From the NCBI GenBank assembly GCA_041891055.1, contig CP169074.1:608001-672000 (forward strand): a stretch of 64,000 nt of DNA. The letters are read 5' to 3'. Numbering within the stretch: position 1 is the stretch's first letter; each line of letters begins with the position of its first letter. The stretch is from Halorutilales archaeon Cl-col2-1 (GTDB taxonomy: Archaea; Halobacteriota; Halobacteria; Halobacteriales; Afararchaeaceae). Below are positions 55,896 to 64,000 of the stretch, piece after piece. A program made the position numbers and the translations under genes. The notes below the pieces were generated by a model. That model saw nothing but the letters and a program-made list of their open reading frames with translations, had not been told where the DNA came from and made no database searches.

Positions 55896-55970
55896 CGGGC
55901 CGGGAGGGATTCGAACCCTCGGTCATCTGGTTAAGAGCCAGACGCTTTAACCGGACTAAGCTACCGGCCC
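55896..55970 (-). tRNA. tRNA-Lys(CTT)
   Basis: GGGCCGG/CCGGCCC acceptor stem, TCTGG-CTCTTAA-CCAGA anticodon arm, GGTTCGAATCC. Confidence 0.97.
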
Positions 55971-56089
55971 ACTGCGTTTCTAACTTTGACGGGGTATTCT
56001 TTATAGGTTGTGATTCGAACTCGGGGATGCAGTCCCCGACGACAGCCCCATGAAAAGCTTCTTACGTCGGTATTTCAAATCTGTTATGC

Positions 56090-56779
56090 ATGCCAGAACT
56101 GGAAAGAAGACCTCCTGTTAAACACGAGGCGGTAGCAGTCCTTAAGATACTCGGTCTTGAGGGTGGTGTCGAGAGGGAAGTCAAGACTTCGTGTAGCGGT
56201 CTCGGAGAGAGGATCGGCACGAGCGACCAGACTGTTTCGCGGAGGCTCCAGTCCCTCGAAAGCTCCGATCTCATAGACCGTGAGATGGCGGCTGACGGAC
56301 AGTGGATCGAGATCACAGACGAGGGTGAGAGAGTCCTGAGGAACGAGTACGAGGAGTACAGGAGGATCTTCGAGGACGCTACGACTGTCGACCTCACGGG
56401 CGAGGTCGTGAGCGGAATGGGTGAGGGCGAGTACTACATCTCACTCGACGGATACCAGAGACAGTTTCAGGAGAAGCTCGGATACGAGCCCTTCCCGGGC
56501 ACTCTCAACATAGAGCTCGATGACGACAGCGTGAGGGCGAGATCAGCGGTCAACAATGCCGACGGAATTCTGATAGAGGAGTGGGAGAACGAAGAGAGAA
56601 CCTTCGGCGCTCTGACGTGTTACGAGGCTGAGATCGGCGGCGTCGACGGACATCTAGTGAAGCCTCATAGGTCACATTACCCAGAGGACATGGCGGAGGT
56701 CATAGCCCCCGTGAAGCTGAGGGACGAACTCGGACTCGAAGACGGCGACGGCATAACTGTGGAGGTGAAGCTGAGATGA
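56090..56779 (+). CDS. ribK: CTP-dependent riboflavin kinase with N-terminal wHTH
   Basis: SDQTVSRRL HTH; SGMGEG.YY, PFPGTLN. Confidence 0.93.
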   Translation: MPELERRPPVKHEAVAVLKILGLEGGVEREVKTSCSGLGERIGTSDQTVSRRLQSLESSDLIDREMAADGQWIEITDEGERVLRNEYEEYRRIFEDATTVDLTGEVVSGMGEGEYYISLDGYQRQFQEKLGYEPFPGTLNIELDDDSVRARSAVNNADGILIEEWENEERTFGALTCYEAEIGGVDGHLVKPHRSHYPEDMAEVIAPVKLRDELGLEDGDGITVEVKLR

Positions 56780-57450
56780 TTTCCGAGGCAGTCGACGACC
56801 TGAGGGAGGGAAAGCCCGTCTTAGTATACGACTTCGACGACAGAGAGGCTGAGACCGACATAGTCTACGCCGCCGAGAAGGTCGATCACGACGACATAGC
56901 ACGTCTCAGGAACGACGCAGGGGGTCTGATCTGTACGGCTATACATCCCGAAGCCGCTGAGAGACTCGGTCTTCCGTTCATAGCCGACGTCCTCCAGGAC
57001 AATCCGCTAGTCGAGGAGGCGGGCGACCTTGGGTACGACAGCCGTTCGTCGTTCTCTCTCTGGGTCAACCACAAGTCGAACTACACCGGAATTACCGACA
57101 AAGACCGCGCGAAGACTGCGCGTAAGCTCTCGGAAGCCGTCGGGTCTTCGCTCTCGGAGTCGGCGTCGGAGGAGAGTCTGAGTATCGAGGAGGAGTTCCG
57201 CACGCCGGGACATATGGCTGTTCTCAGAGCCGACGAGGATCTCTTGGAAGGCAGACAGGGACAGACAGAGATGAGTGTGAAGCTCGTCGATGAGGCGGGT
57301 CTGACACCCGCGGCAGTAATCTGTGAGATGCTCGACGACGAGACGGGTGAGGCTCTATCGAAGGAGGACGCGAAGAGATACGCAGACGAGAACGGTCTCA
57401 CTTTCGTCGAGGGAAGACAGTTAGTCGAGGTCGCCGACGCCGAGTCTTAG
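56776..57450 (+). CDS. ribB: 3,4-dihydroxy-2-butanone-4-phosphate synthase
   Basis: DDREAETD, GGLIC, TGITDKDRA, GQTE, ICEML. Confidence 0.95.
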   Translation: MISEAVDDLREGKPVLVYDFDDREAETDIVYAAEKVDHDDIARLRNDAGGLICTAIHPEAAERLGLPFIADVLQDNPLVEEAGDLGYDSRSSFSLWVNHKSNYTGITDKDRAKTARKLSEAVGSSLSESASEESLSIEEEFRTPGHMAVLRADEDLLEGRQGQTEMSVKLVDEAGLTPAAVICEMLDDETGEALSKEDAKRYADENGLTFVEGRQLVEVADAES

Positions 57451-57487
57451 TCGAGTGGTTGATCTGAGTTCTGGTTTCTATTCTGCT

Positions 57488-58609
57488 TCACAGCCCTGCG
57501 ACGTCCTCGATAGCGTCGGTGAGCTTCTTGATCGAGTCGACGTCGTGCTCTCCCATATGTCCGATCCTGAAGGTCTTCTCGCCGAGGGTCGACCCGTAGC
57601 CGTTCGAGAACACCATGTCGTACTTCTCGGAGACCTCCTCGATAGTCGCGGCGACATCGATCCCGTGTGTGTTCTCGATACAGCCGACTGTCTGTGACTC
57701 GTATCCCTCCTCGGGGAAGATCTCGAAGTGGTCGCGTGCCCAGTCGCGTGTGTACTCAGCCATCTCGCGGTGTCTCTCGTCACGAGCCTCGTGTCCCTCT
57801 TCGAGCATGTGCTTCATCTGTTTCCGGTAGGCGAGCATCACGGGGATTGCGGGCGTCGAGTGGGTCTGACCCTTCCTGTCGTAGTAGTCGAGCGACCTCT
57901 GGAAGCCGCCGTACCACGACGCCGAGTCCTTCTCGACCTCACGTTCGTATGCTTCGTCGTTGACGACACAGACACCGAGTCCGGGGGGCATGGCGAACGC
58001 CTTCTGGACAGAAGTGAATATGACGTCGATTCCGTGTGCATCGATGTCGACGTAGTCGCCTCCGAGAGACGAGACAGCGTCGACTATGAAGTAGGTGTCA
58101 GGGTACTCGTCGACGACGTCGCCTATCTCCTCTATCGGGTTACGGACTCCCGTAGAGCTCTCGTTCATCACGCACGTGACTGCGTCGTACTCCTTGTCGC
58201 TCGTTTCGAGTGCCTCGCGGACGTCTTCGGGCTTGACAGCCTGACCCCAGTCGTACTCTAAGGTATCGACGTTCTTCCCGAGACGCTCAGCGACGTTCGC
58301 CTGTCTCTCGCTGAAGCTACCACACGTCGTACACAGGACGTCGTCGTCGACTAAGTTGAGTACTGAGCTCTCCATGAACTCGGTTCCCGAACCCGTGAGG
58401 ATGATGACGTTGTGTTCGGTGCCGAGGAACTCCTTCGTGTCCTCGACTATTGTCGTGTAGAGGTCGGTCATACGATCCATACGGTGACCGAACATCGGCT
58501 GACACATCTCTTCGATTACGTCTTCACGTACCTCGGTCGGTCCTGGTATGTACAGCGTCTTATTGGGGTAGTCGTCCTTGTATTCGCGTTTCTGAGTCAC
58601 GTAATCCAC
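57488..58609 (-). CDS. class V PLP aminotransferase (serine-pyruvate/alanine-glyoxylate type)
   Basis: IPGPT, NESSTG, VDAVSS, SVQKAFAMPPG, FRIGHMG. Confidence 0.92.
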   Translation of the reverse strand: MDYVTQKREYKDDYPNKTLYIPGPTEVREDVIEEMCQPMFGHRMDRMTDLYTTIVEDTKEFLGTEHNVIILTGSGTEFMESSVLNLVDDDVLCTTCGSFSERQANVAERLGKNVDTLEYDWGQAVKPEDVREALETSDKEYDAVTCVMNESSTGVRNPIEEIGDVVDEYPDTYFIVDAVSSLGGDYVDIDAHGIDVIFTSVQKAFAMPPGLGVCVVNDEAYEREVEKDSASWYGGFQRSLDYYDRKGQTHSTPAIPVMLAYRKQMKHMLEEGHEARDERHREMAEYTRDWARDHFEIFPEEGYESQTVGCIENTHGIDVAATIEEVSEKYDMVFSNGYGSTLGEKTFRIGHMGEHDVDSIKKLTDAIEDVAGL

Positions 58610-58683
58610 CTAGTAGGGTAGAGTCTGTAACGCTGCGACATGGTACTTTTGATTCAGAATAAAATGAGAGGGTCGAGAGTGTC

Positions 58684-59151
58684 TCAGTCGTCGTCTGAGT
58701 CTTCGAGTATCTTCTTCGTCTTCGAGTGCCTGTACCTGAAAAAGCCCTTAAGCTGGAGCTTCACGAACGAGTTGGGTATCTTCCCCGACTCGTACTCGAC
58801 GGTGTCCCTCATTACTGTTCCGCCGTCGGATCTCTCGAAGCCGTGTGTGTGTCTCCATTTCTCGAAGGGTCCACGTTCCATCTCGTCGACGAAGAAGGCT
58901 CTTCCCTCGTCGAAGTCGGACTCGCGCTCGACTATTGTCGAAGTCCAAGAGACTCGTAGGAGACCTAACGGCTTGACCGAGAGACGGATCTCCGAGCCCT
59001 CGGTGAGTTCGTCGGCGTCACCGTTCTCGACTTCGAGAAGACGGAGGTTCATCCAGCCGGGTGTCAGACGTTTGAGACCCTCGACTCCCGAGTGGAACTC
59101 CCAGACGTCTTCGAGGGGCGCGTCGATGTATGTCTCGGACTCGAACTCCAT
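58684..59151 (-). CDS. SRPBCC (START-like) family protein
   Basis: IDAPLEDVWEFH, LTP, FVDEMERGPFEKWRHTH. Confidence 0.85.
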   Translation of the reverse strand: MEFESETYIDAPLEDVWEFHSGVEGLKRLTPGWMNLRLLEVENGDADELTEGSEIRLSVKPLGLLRVSWTSTIVERESDFDEGRAFFVDEMERGPFEKWRHTHGFERSDGGTVMRDTVEYESGKIPNSFVKLQLKGFFRYRHSKTKKILEDSDDD

Positions 59152-59257
59152 ACACGACATACGGCTTCGAGAGGTATTAGATTGGGTGGTGGGAAACACG
59201 AGAGAGATAGAAGGATCTTGGAAAGCTTTACTTCAGCGCGCTCACAGAAACACGTAG

Positions 59258-60166
59258 ATGGGCAGACCCACAGTACATATCATACCGGTCGGGTTCGACT
59301 ACGACCGTCTCATAGCTCCGCTTATAAGGGACAAGCTCGACGTCGACCGCGTGATTCTCCTTCAGGGGTCGGTCGGGAGCGAGGAGAACGTCGAGTACTC
59401 GAAGAAGGTCGCGGCGAAGCTTGAGGAGGACTTCGAGTCGCTCCTCGACGCCGAGACTGAACGCGTGACACTCGAAAACGTATACGACTACCAGGAGATA
59501 TTCGCGCGCGCATACGGTCTGATACTCGACGAGTTCACATCGGGAAGAGAGGTCTACGTCAACGTAAGCGCGATGCCACGTACTGTCTCTTTCGGGTTCA
59601 CGACTGCGGCACACGCCGTCATAGTCGAGGAGGACGAGGCGAGAGAGCACATACACACCTACTACACCGCCCCCGAGAAGTACCTCGAAACAGATCTCGC
59701 CGAGGAGCTTCAGGAGATGGTTCATCTCCTCAGACGTCTCAAGAATGAGGGTCTAACAGACAGCGTCGAGTCGGACCTCGACGAGAGGTTCGCGGAGGCA
59801 AACGACCTACTCGACGAGTTCGACGAGCGCGGTACCACGGTCGGAGCGAAGAGCTTCGACGGCTCACACATAATAGAGATACCCGTCGCTCCTCTGAGCA
59901 AGATAAAGCCGTTCGAGCGCGTCATACTCTTCAAGCTACACGAGGAGGGAGTTGTCAAGTCGGTTAGCGAACTCGCCGACCATCTCGCCGACGACCTCGA
60001 CGAGGAGTACACCGACTCGTTCCGGTCGAAGGTTATCTACAACACTCGGTCTCTGCGCGAGAAGGGCTACATACTACAGGAGGAGTCGGGGAAGAGCCAC
60101 GAGACGCGTCTGTCGAGACTCGGTGAGCTATGGGTCGAGTCACACAGACACGACACTGAGACATAG
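59258..60166 (+). CDS. DUF6293/HFX_2341-family protein (Rossmann/CARF-like + wHTH regulator)
   Basis: VHIIPVGFDYDRL, YVNVSAM, YYTAPEKY, C-terminal RLSRLGELW. Confidence 0.75.
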   Translation: MGRPTVHIIPVGFDYDRLIAPLIRDKLDVDRVILLQGSVGSEENVEYSKKVAAKLEEDFESLLDAETERVTLENVYDYQEIFARAYGLILDEFTSGREVYVNVSAMPRTVSFGFTTAAHAVIVEEDEAREHIHTYYTAPEKYLETDLAEELQEMVHLLRRLKNEGLTDSVESDLDERFAEANDLLDEFDERGTTVGAKSFDGSHIIEIPVAPLSKIKPFERVILFKLHEEGVVKSVSELADHLADDLDEEYTDSFRSKVIYNTRSLREKGYILQEESGKSHETRLSRLGELWVESHRHDTET

Positions 60167-60169
60167 ATA

Positions 60170-60892
60170 TCATATATATAGTGACGGCAGAAGTCCCACT
60201 ACTACCACGAACTCAATCAGGTTGTTGAGGAAATGCATCAGCCACGCTCCTGTCAGACTGTCGTACCTGAGACGGAGCCAGGTCAGGAGTAAACCCAAGA
60301 GTAAGGCGTTTATGACCCCCGCGACACCTGCTGTGAAGACATGTATCAGACCGAAGACGAGTAATGAAATCACCCCAGCCGTGGCTTGGGTGTGTCCCCG
60401 TTCGAGTAGTATTCCGAGTAACAGACCGCGGAAAAGAAGCTCCTCGGCTACTGGAGCCACAACCACAGCCACCAGAAACACCGACACGGCTTCGGGAGTC
60501 GAAGAGAATGCCGGAGGAGTATACCGACTGACACCGAGGACATCCGAGAGAAGAGTCGTAGTCCGCCATCCGACCGCCACACCTAACACTGTTGCTAAGA
60601 CTCCTGCAACGGTCTCAGACCTCGAAGGACGTCTCGCAGCCCTAATAGCTTCCCAGACATCGTCGCTGACACGTAGATACACGGCTACGAGGGTTCCGAC
60701 GTTAGCGACTCCGTAAACTACGGTAGGGAGCTTCGAGAAGATCCGTGTGTCGTCTCCTCCGTTGACCGTATAGACGAGGGTGACAGCCACTAATGTCACG
60801 ACGATGGGAGCGAGTGGTACGGCTGCCCACCGTGTCCCGAGTTGTGAGAGGGGAGTGACAGTCCTCTCAAGACGCTCTTGGGAGGCAAGCAT
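60170..60892 (-). CDS. CPBP/Abi family intramembrane metalloprotease
   Basis: AEELLFRG, FGLIH, HFLNN; likely start ATG 60892. Confidence 0.88.
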   Translation of the reverse strand: MLASQERLERTVTPLSQLGTRWAAVPLAPIVVTLVAVTLVYTVNGGDDTRIFSKLPTVVYGVANVGTLVAVYLRVSDDVWEAIRAARRPSRSETVAGVLATVLGVAVGWRTTTLLSDVLGVSRYTPPAFSSTPEAVSVFLVAVVVAPVAEELLFRGLLLGILLERGHTQATAGVISLLVFGLIHVFTAGVAGVINALLLGLLLTWLRLRYDSLTGAWLMHFLNNLIEFVVVVGLLPSLYI

Positions 60893-60983
60893 CCCATCTA
60901 AGGAGTATAAGAGGAGAGTCACAAAACTTCCGGGTCTACCGAGGCACAGATTATATAAATTAGTCAGGACAATTCCGTCCGAA

Positions 60984-61736
60984 ATGATAGAACACGAGAA
61001 GAGAGGCGACGCTTTCTGGATAACCATAGACCGTCCCGAGAAGATGAACTCGCTCGACCTCGAAGACTGGGAAGGTATCTCGGACGGGCTCGAAAAAGCG
61101 GAGGAAGAGGCGAGGGTCGCAGTCATAACCGGTGTGAACGACGTCTTCTGTGCGGGTGACGACATACAGGTTCTTGACGACCTCGACGACGCCGACGACG
61201 TCGAGAAGCTCGGCGAGATGCTCTTCGACGTTCTTCAGGGAATAGAGGAGACGGGAGTGCCTGTGATAGCCGCTGTCAACGGACTCGCATACGGTGGCGG
61301 ATTCGAGATAGTCGCGGCGTGTGACCTCGCAGTCGCGGCTCAGGGTGCTTCGTTCGCGCTCCCCGAGACACGTATAGGCGCGTATCCGCCCTACGCCGTC
61401 GAGAGGGTCGCCGAGATGGCGGGACGTAAGAGAACGATGGAGATGATACTCACGGGAGAGTCGATAGACGCCGAGACCGCCCTCGACTGGGGACTCGTCA
61501 ACCGCGTGGTTCAGAAAGACGAGATAGAGGAGACTGTCGACGAGTTCGTCGAAGCGATCTGTATGTCGCCCAAACGTTCGACTAAGATCGCTAAGAAGTA
61601 CGCCAACCAGCGGATCTCCGAGACGGGAGAAAAGGAGAGGATGCTCGGAGGCTTCGCACATCTGTTCATGTCGGAGGAGTCACAGGAAGGCGTCAGAGCC
61701 TTTGTGGAGGACAGGGAGCCGTCGTACAGGAAGTAG
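60984..61736 (+). CDS. enoyl-CoA hydratase/isomerase family
   Basis: FCAGDD, AVNGLAYGGGFE, LPETRIG; likely start ATG 60984. Confidence 0.92.
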   Translation: MIEHEKRGDAFWITIDRPEKMNSLDLEDWEGISDGLEKAEEEARVAVITGVNDVFCAGDDIQVLDDLDDADDVEKLGEMLFDVLQGIEETGVPVIAAVNGLAYGGGFEIVAACDLAVAAQGASFALPETRIGAYPPYAVERVAEMAGRKRTMEMILTGESIDAETALDWGLVNRVVQKDEIEETVDEFVEAICMSPKRSTKIAKKYANQRISETGEKERMLGGFAHLFMSEESQEGVRAFVEDREPSYRK

Positions 61737-61786
61737 CGATCGGCGTCCTTCGTGGGAAATAAGATTTCGGAGTTCGACGTCGAAGC

Positions 61787-62713
61787 ATGGAACTCAAAGA
61801 CTCGTCGGTGCTCGTAACGGGCGGAGCGGGATTCATAGGAAGCCATCTGATCGAACGTCTCCATCCGTCGAACCACGTCGAGGTCGTCGACAGCCTGAGT
61901 TCGGGGAACGCCGACTACCTCCCCGACGAGGTCAAGATACACGAGGTCGACCTACTTGACACAGACGCCCTCTCCGAGGTCATGAAGTCTGACTTCGACT
62001 TAGTGTTTCACTTAGCCGCGAACCCCGACGTCAGAAGCGGTGCGGAGAAGACGAGCCTCGACCTCGAACAGAACACGGTCGCGACTAACAACCTCCTTGA
62101 GTCGATGAAGGCAAACGGCGTCGACAAGATAGCGTTCACTTCGACGTCGACGGTATACGGCGAGGACGTTCCGATGCCGACTCCCGAGACGTACGGTCCT
62201 CTGAAGCCCATCTCGCTCTACGGAGCCTCGAAGCTGGGATGTGAGGGACTGTGTACGGCTTACGAGGGTAGCTTCGGATTCGACACGTGGATATTCAGGT
62301 TCGCTAACATAGTGGGTGAGAGAGGACACGGCGTAGTCCCCGACTTCGTCGAGAAGCTGGAGAACGATCCCGAGAGACTCGAAATACTCGGCGACGGCAG
62401 ACAGAGGAAGTCATACCTACACGTCTCCGACTGCGTAGACGCGATGGTACATGCGGTCGAGAACGCCGACGGTACTGTCTACAACATCGGAAGCCGTGAC
62501 ACCGTCTCTGTCACAGAGATCGCAGAGATAGTTAGTGAGGAGATGGGTCTCGATCCCGATTTCGAGTACACGGGTGGACGACGCGGCTGGACAGGCGACG
62601 TCCCTGAGATGAGACTTTCTGTCGAGAAGCTAATGGATACGGGATGGCAGCCCCAACACGACAGCGAGGAAAGCGTCAGAAAAGCTACGCGAGAGATCAG
62701 TTCTAGCCCCTGA
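61787..62713 (+). CDS. NAD-dependent nucleotide-sugar epimerase/dehydratase (GalE-like)
   Basis: TGGAGFIG, STSTVYG, YGASK. Confidence 0.92.
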   Translation: MELKDSSVLVTGGAGFIGSHLIERLHPSNHVEVVDSLSSGNADYLPDEVKIHEVDLLDTDALSEVMKSDFDLVFHLAANPDVRSGAEKTSLDLEQNTVATNNLLESMKANGVDKIAFTSTSTVYGEDVPMPTPETYGPLKPISLYGASKLGCEGLCTAYEGSFGFDTWIFRFANIVGERGHGVVPDFVEKLENDPERLEILGDGRQRKSYLHVSDCVDAMVHAVENADGTVYNIGSRDTVSVTEIAEIVSEEMGLDPDFEYTGGRRGWTGDVPEMRLSVEKLMDTGWQPQHDSEESVRKATREISSSP

Positions 62714-63449
62714 GTCGTTCCTGTATTCCGACCTTGAGTACCGACTTGGCTATCTCAGCACCTCCTGAGAGGGGATCGAGCTTCGAGTCGCCCGCCCTCT
62801 CACGGTACTCTATGGGTATCTCACGCACATCGTAGCCTCTCATCACGGGTCTCATCAGAAGCTCAGCGGAGAGACCCGTGTTCTCTGTCCAGTCTACCGA
62901 CTCGACGACCTCACGTCTGTAGGCACGCATTCCCGTGGTGGTGTCGTGGACACGTCTTCCCATGAGGACTGTCGCTGTCAGTGCGAAGACGACGTTTCCG
63001 AGACGGTTCATCGACGGCATCGCGTCGGCACCGTGGTAGAGTCTGTCGCCGCTCACGACGTCGTATCCCGAGTTTATGGCTTCGAGAAACTCGGGTAGCT
63101 GTTCCATCGGGTAGGTGTCGTCACAGTCGGTCGTGACTATCACCTCCCTGTCGGGTGTGAGAACAGCCTCACGTACTGCGACCCCGTAGCCCTGGGGCTC
63201 CTGTTCTATCACCCTCGCCCCCTTCTCCCTCGCTATCTCCGGGGTCGCGTCGGAGGAGCCGTCGACACAGACCACCTCGGCTTTACCGTCGGTGACCTCA
63301 TGAATGTCGTCGAGAACCTTTCCGACAGCTTCCTCCTCGTTGTAAGTCCCCATTACGACGCTGACGTCTGTGAAGTCGTATCCGTCGTGGCTTTGGCTCG
63401 CTGTCTCGTCCTGTGTCTGAGTCTGAGTCGTGAGTGTCTGAGACGACAT
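62703..63449 (-). CDS. GT2 dolichyl-phosphate hexose transferase-like
   Basis: GTYNEE, GYG, TDCDDTY, DTTTGMRAY. Confidence 0.88.
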   Translation of the reverse strand: MSSQTLTTQTQTQDETASQSHDGYDFTDVSVVMGTYNEEEAVGKVLDDIHEVTDGKAEVVCVDGSSDATPEIAREKGARVIEQEPQGYGVAVREAVLTPDREVIVTTDCDDTYPMEQLPEFLEAINSGYDVVSGDRLYHGADAMPSMNRLGNVVFALTATVLMGRRVHDTTTGMRAYRREVVESVDWTENTGLSAELLMRPVMRGYDVREIPIEYRERAGDSKLDPLSGGAEIAKSVLKVGIQERLRG

Positions 63450-63504
63450 CTGTGTAGTCGTAGATGTGTCCCCGCCTACTTAACTTCTTAGGTTAACCTA
63501 AAAA

Positions 63505-64000
63505 TCAGAGGTACTCGTCTATGTGGTCGGCAGCCTTGAGCGAGAGGGCGGCTATCGTGAGGGTAGGGTTCATCGCGCCGCTCGTGACAAAGACGCTACT
63601 CCCGGCTATCCAGAGGTTGTCGAGGTCGTGTGTCCTCATACGCGGATTCACGACCGACTCGTCAGAGTCGGTTCCCATCCGTGTGGTTCCCATGTGGTGG
63701 TAAGCCGGACCCGTGTTCTCGGGACTGACCTGCCACGTCACCTCGGCTCCCATCTTGGAGAGTATCGCCTCCTGTACCGTGTTCGCACGACGTATAGAAC
63801 GTCTCGTGACCTCGTCTATCTCCCAGTTTATTTCGGGGACAGGATTGCCGTTGTGGTCGGTCTTCGAGGAGTCGAGTCCGACGTAGTTTTTCTTCCGGGG
63901 TCTCTGACCCACGAGACCGCCGACACCGACCGAGTTTCCGTACGAGTCCCTGAGATCCGAGAGGAGTGAGTCGCCCCAGTCGTCGGAGCTGAGCGCAGTC
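63505..64000 (-). CDS. GMC family oxidoreductase (C-terminal part; 5'-truncated by window edge)
   Basis: HHMGTTRMG, NLWIAGSSVF, NPTLTIAAL; frame open to the window end. Confidence 0.9.
   Translation of the reverse strand, partial: TALSSDDWGDSLLSDLRDSYGNSVGVGGLVGQRPRKKNYVGLDSSKTDHNGNPVPEINWEIDEVTRRSIRRANTVQEAILSKMGAEVTWQVSPENTGPAYHHMGTTRMGTDSDESVVNPRMRTHDLDNLWIAGSSVFVTSGAMNPTLTIAALSLKAADHIDEYL

Noticed and set aside
56021-56039. Hairpin TCGGGGA-TGCAG-TCCCCGA upstream of ribK-ribB as an FMN riboswitch
   Set aside because: Far too short and lacks RFN consensus; the HTH-fused kinase is the more likely regulator and the hairpin could at most be an operator.
61756-61768. GAAAT-AAG-ATTTC as a third copy of the REP-like hairpin
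   Set aside because: Only a 5-bp stem and no GTAC foot; cannot be distinguished from chance.
735-63969. Many long antisense or alternate-frame ORFs in the track (Ser/Arg-rich, e.g. 1208-1816, 12691-13377, 59952-60716)
   Set aside because: Shadows of real GC-rich acidic genes; no family motifs and non-halophilic composition.
1-64000. CRISPR array or cas genes
   Set aside because: No regularly spaced repeat-spacer series seen; TnpB sits within IS ends, not beside an array.

Overview
64-kb chromosomal segment of an extremely halophilic archaeon. The proteins are strongly acidic and the core genes are archaeal (PolB, PCNA, PriL, RPA, CofD, CTP-dependent riboflavin kinase, preflagellin peptidase). 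Heavy use of ATA (Ile) and AGA/AGG (Arg) codons suggests a lineage outside the typical Halobacteriales/Haloferacales (inference). Most of the window is housekeeping: pstSCAB, purA, hisI, ribH/ribB/ribK, uppS, two COG1361+RND modules, one chemotaxis transducer and three tRNAs (Thr-GGT, Cys-GCA, Lys-CTT). Mobile DNA comprises an IS6 with a nonsense mutation, an IS1341/TnpB element that splits a CBS-domain gene, and two related Gly-Gln-ending inteins in PolB. Most notable observations: (1) the same small cassette lies behind two different tRNA genes, with tRNA-specific T-arm copies around a shared 20-nt core; (2) a REP-like double hairpin is inserted in frame in intein 2 and has a sister copy downstream of tRNA-Cys; (3) the two inteins at different PolB sites share near-identical DNA patches; (4) the TnpB element has a reconstructable empty site, a CTAC target motif, an 8-nt extra tail and a divergent RHH micro-gene; (5) there is a stand-alone archaeal nitric oxide synthase with the mammalian-type Val gate residue; (6) only a 21-codon relic of phoU remains after pstB. 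All calls come from manual motif recognition; no database searches were run.
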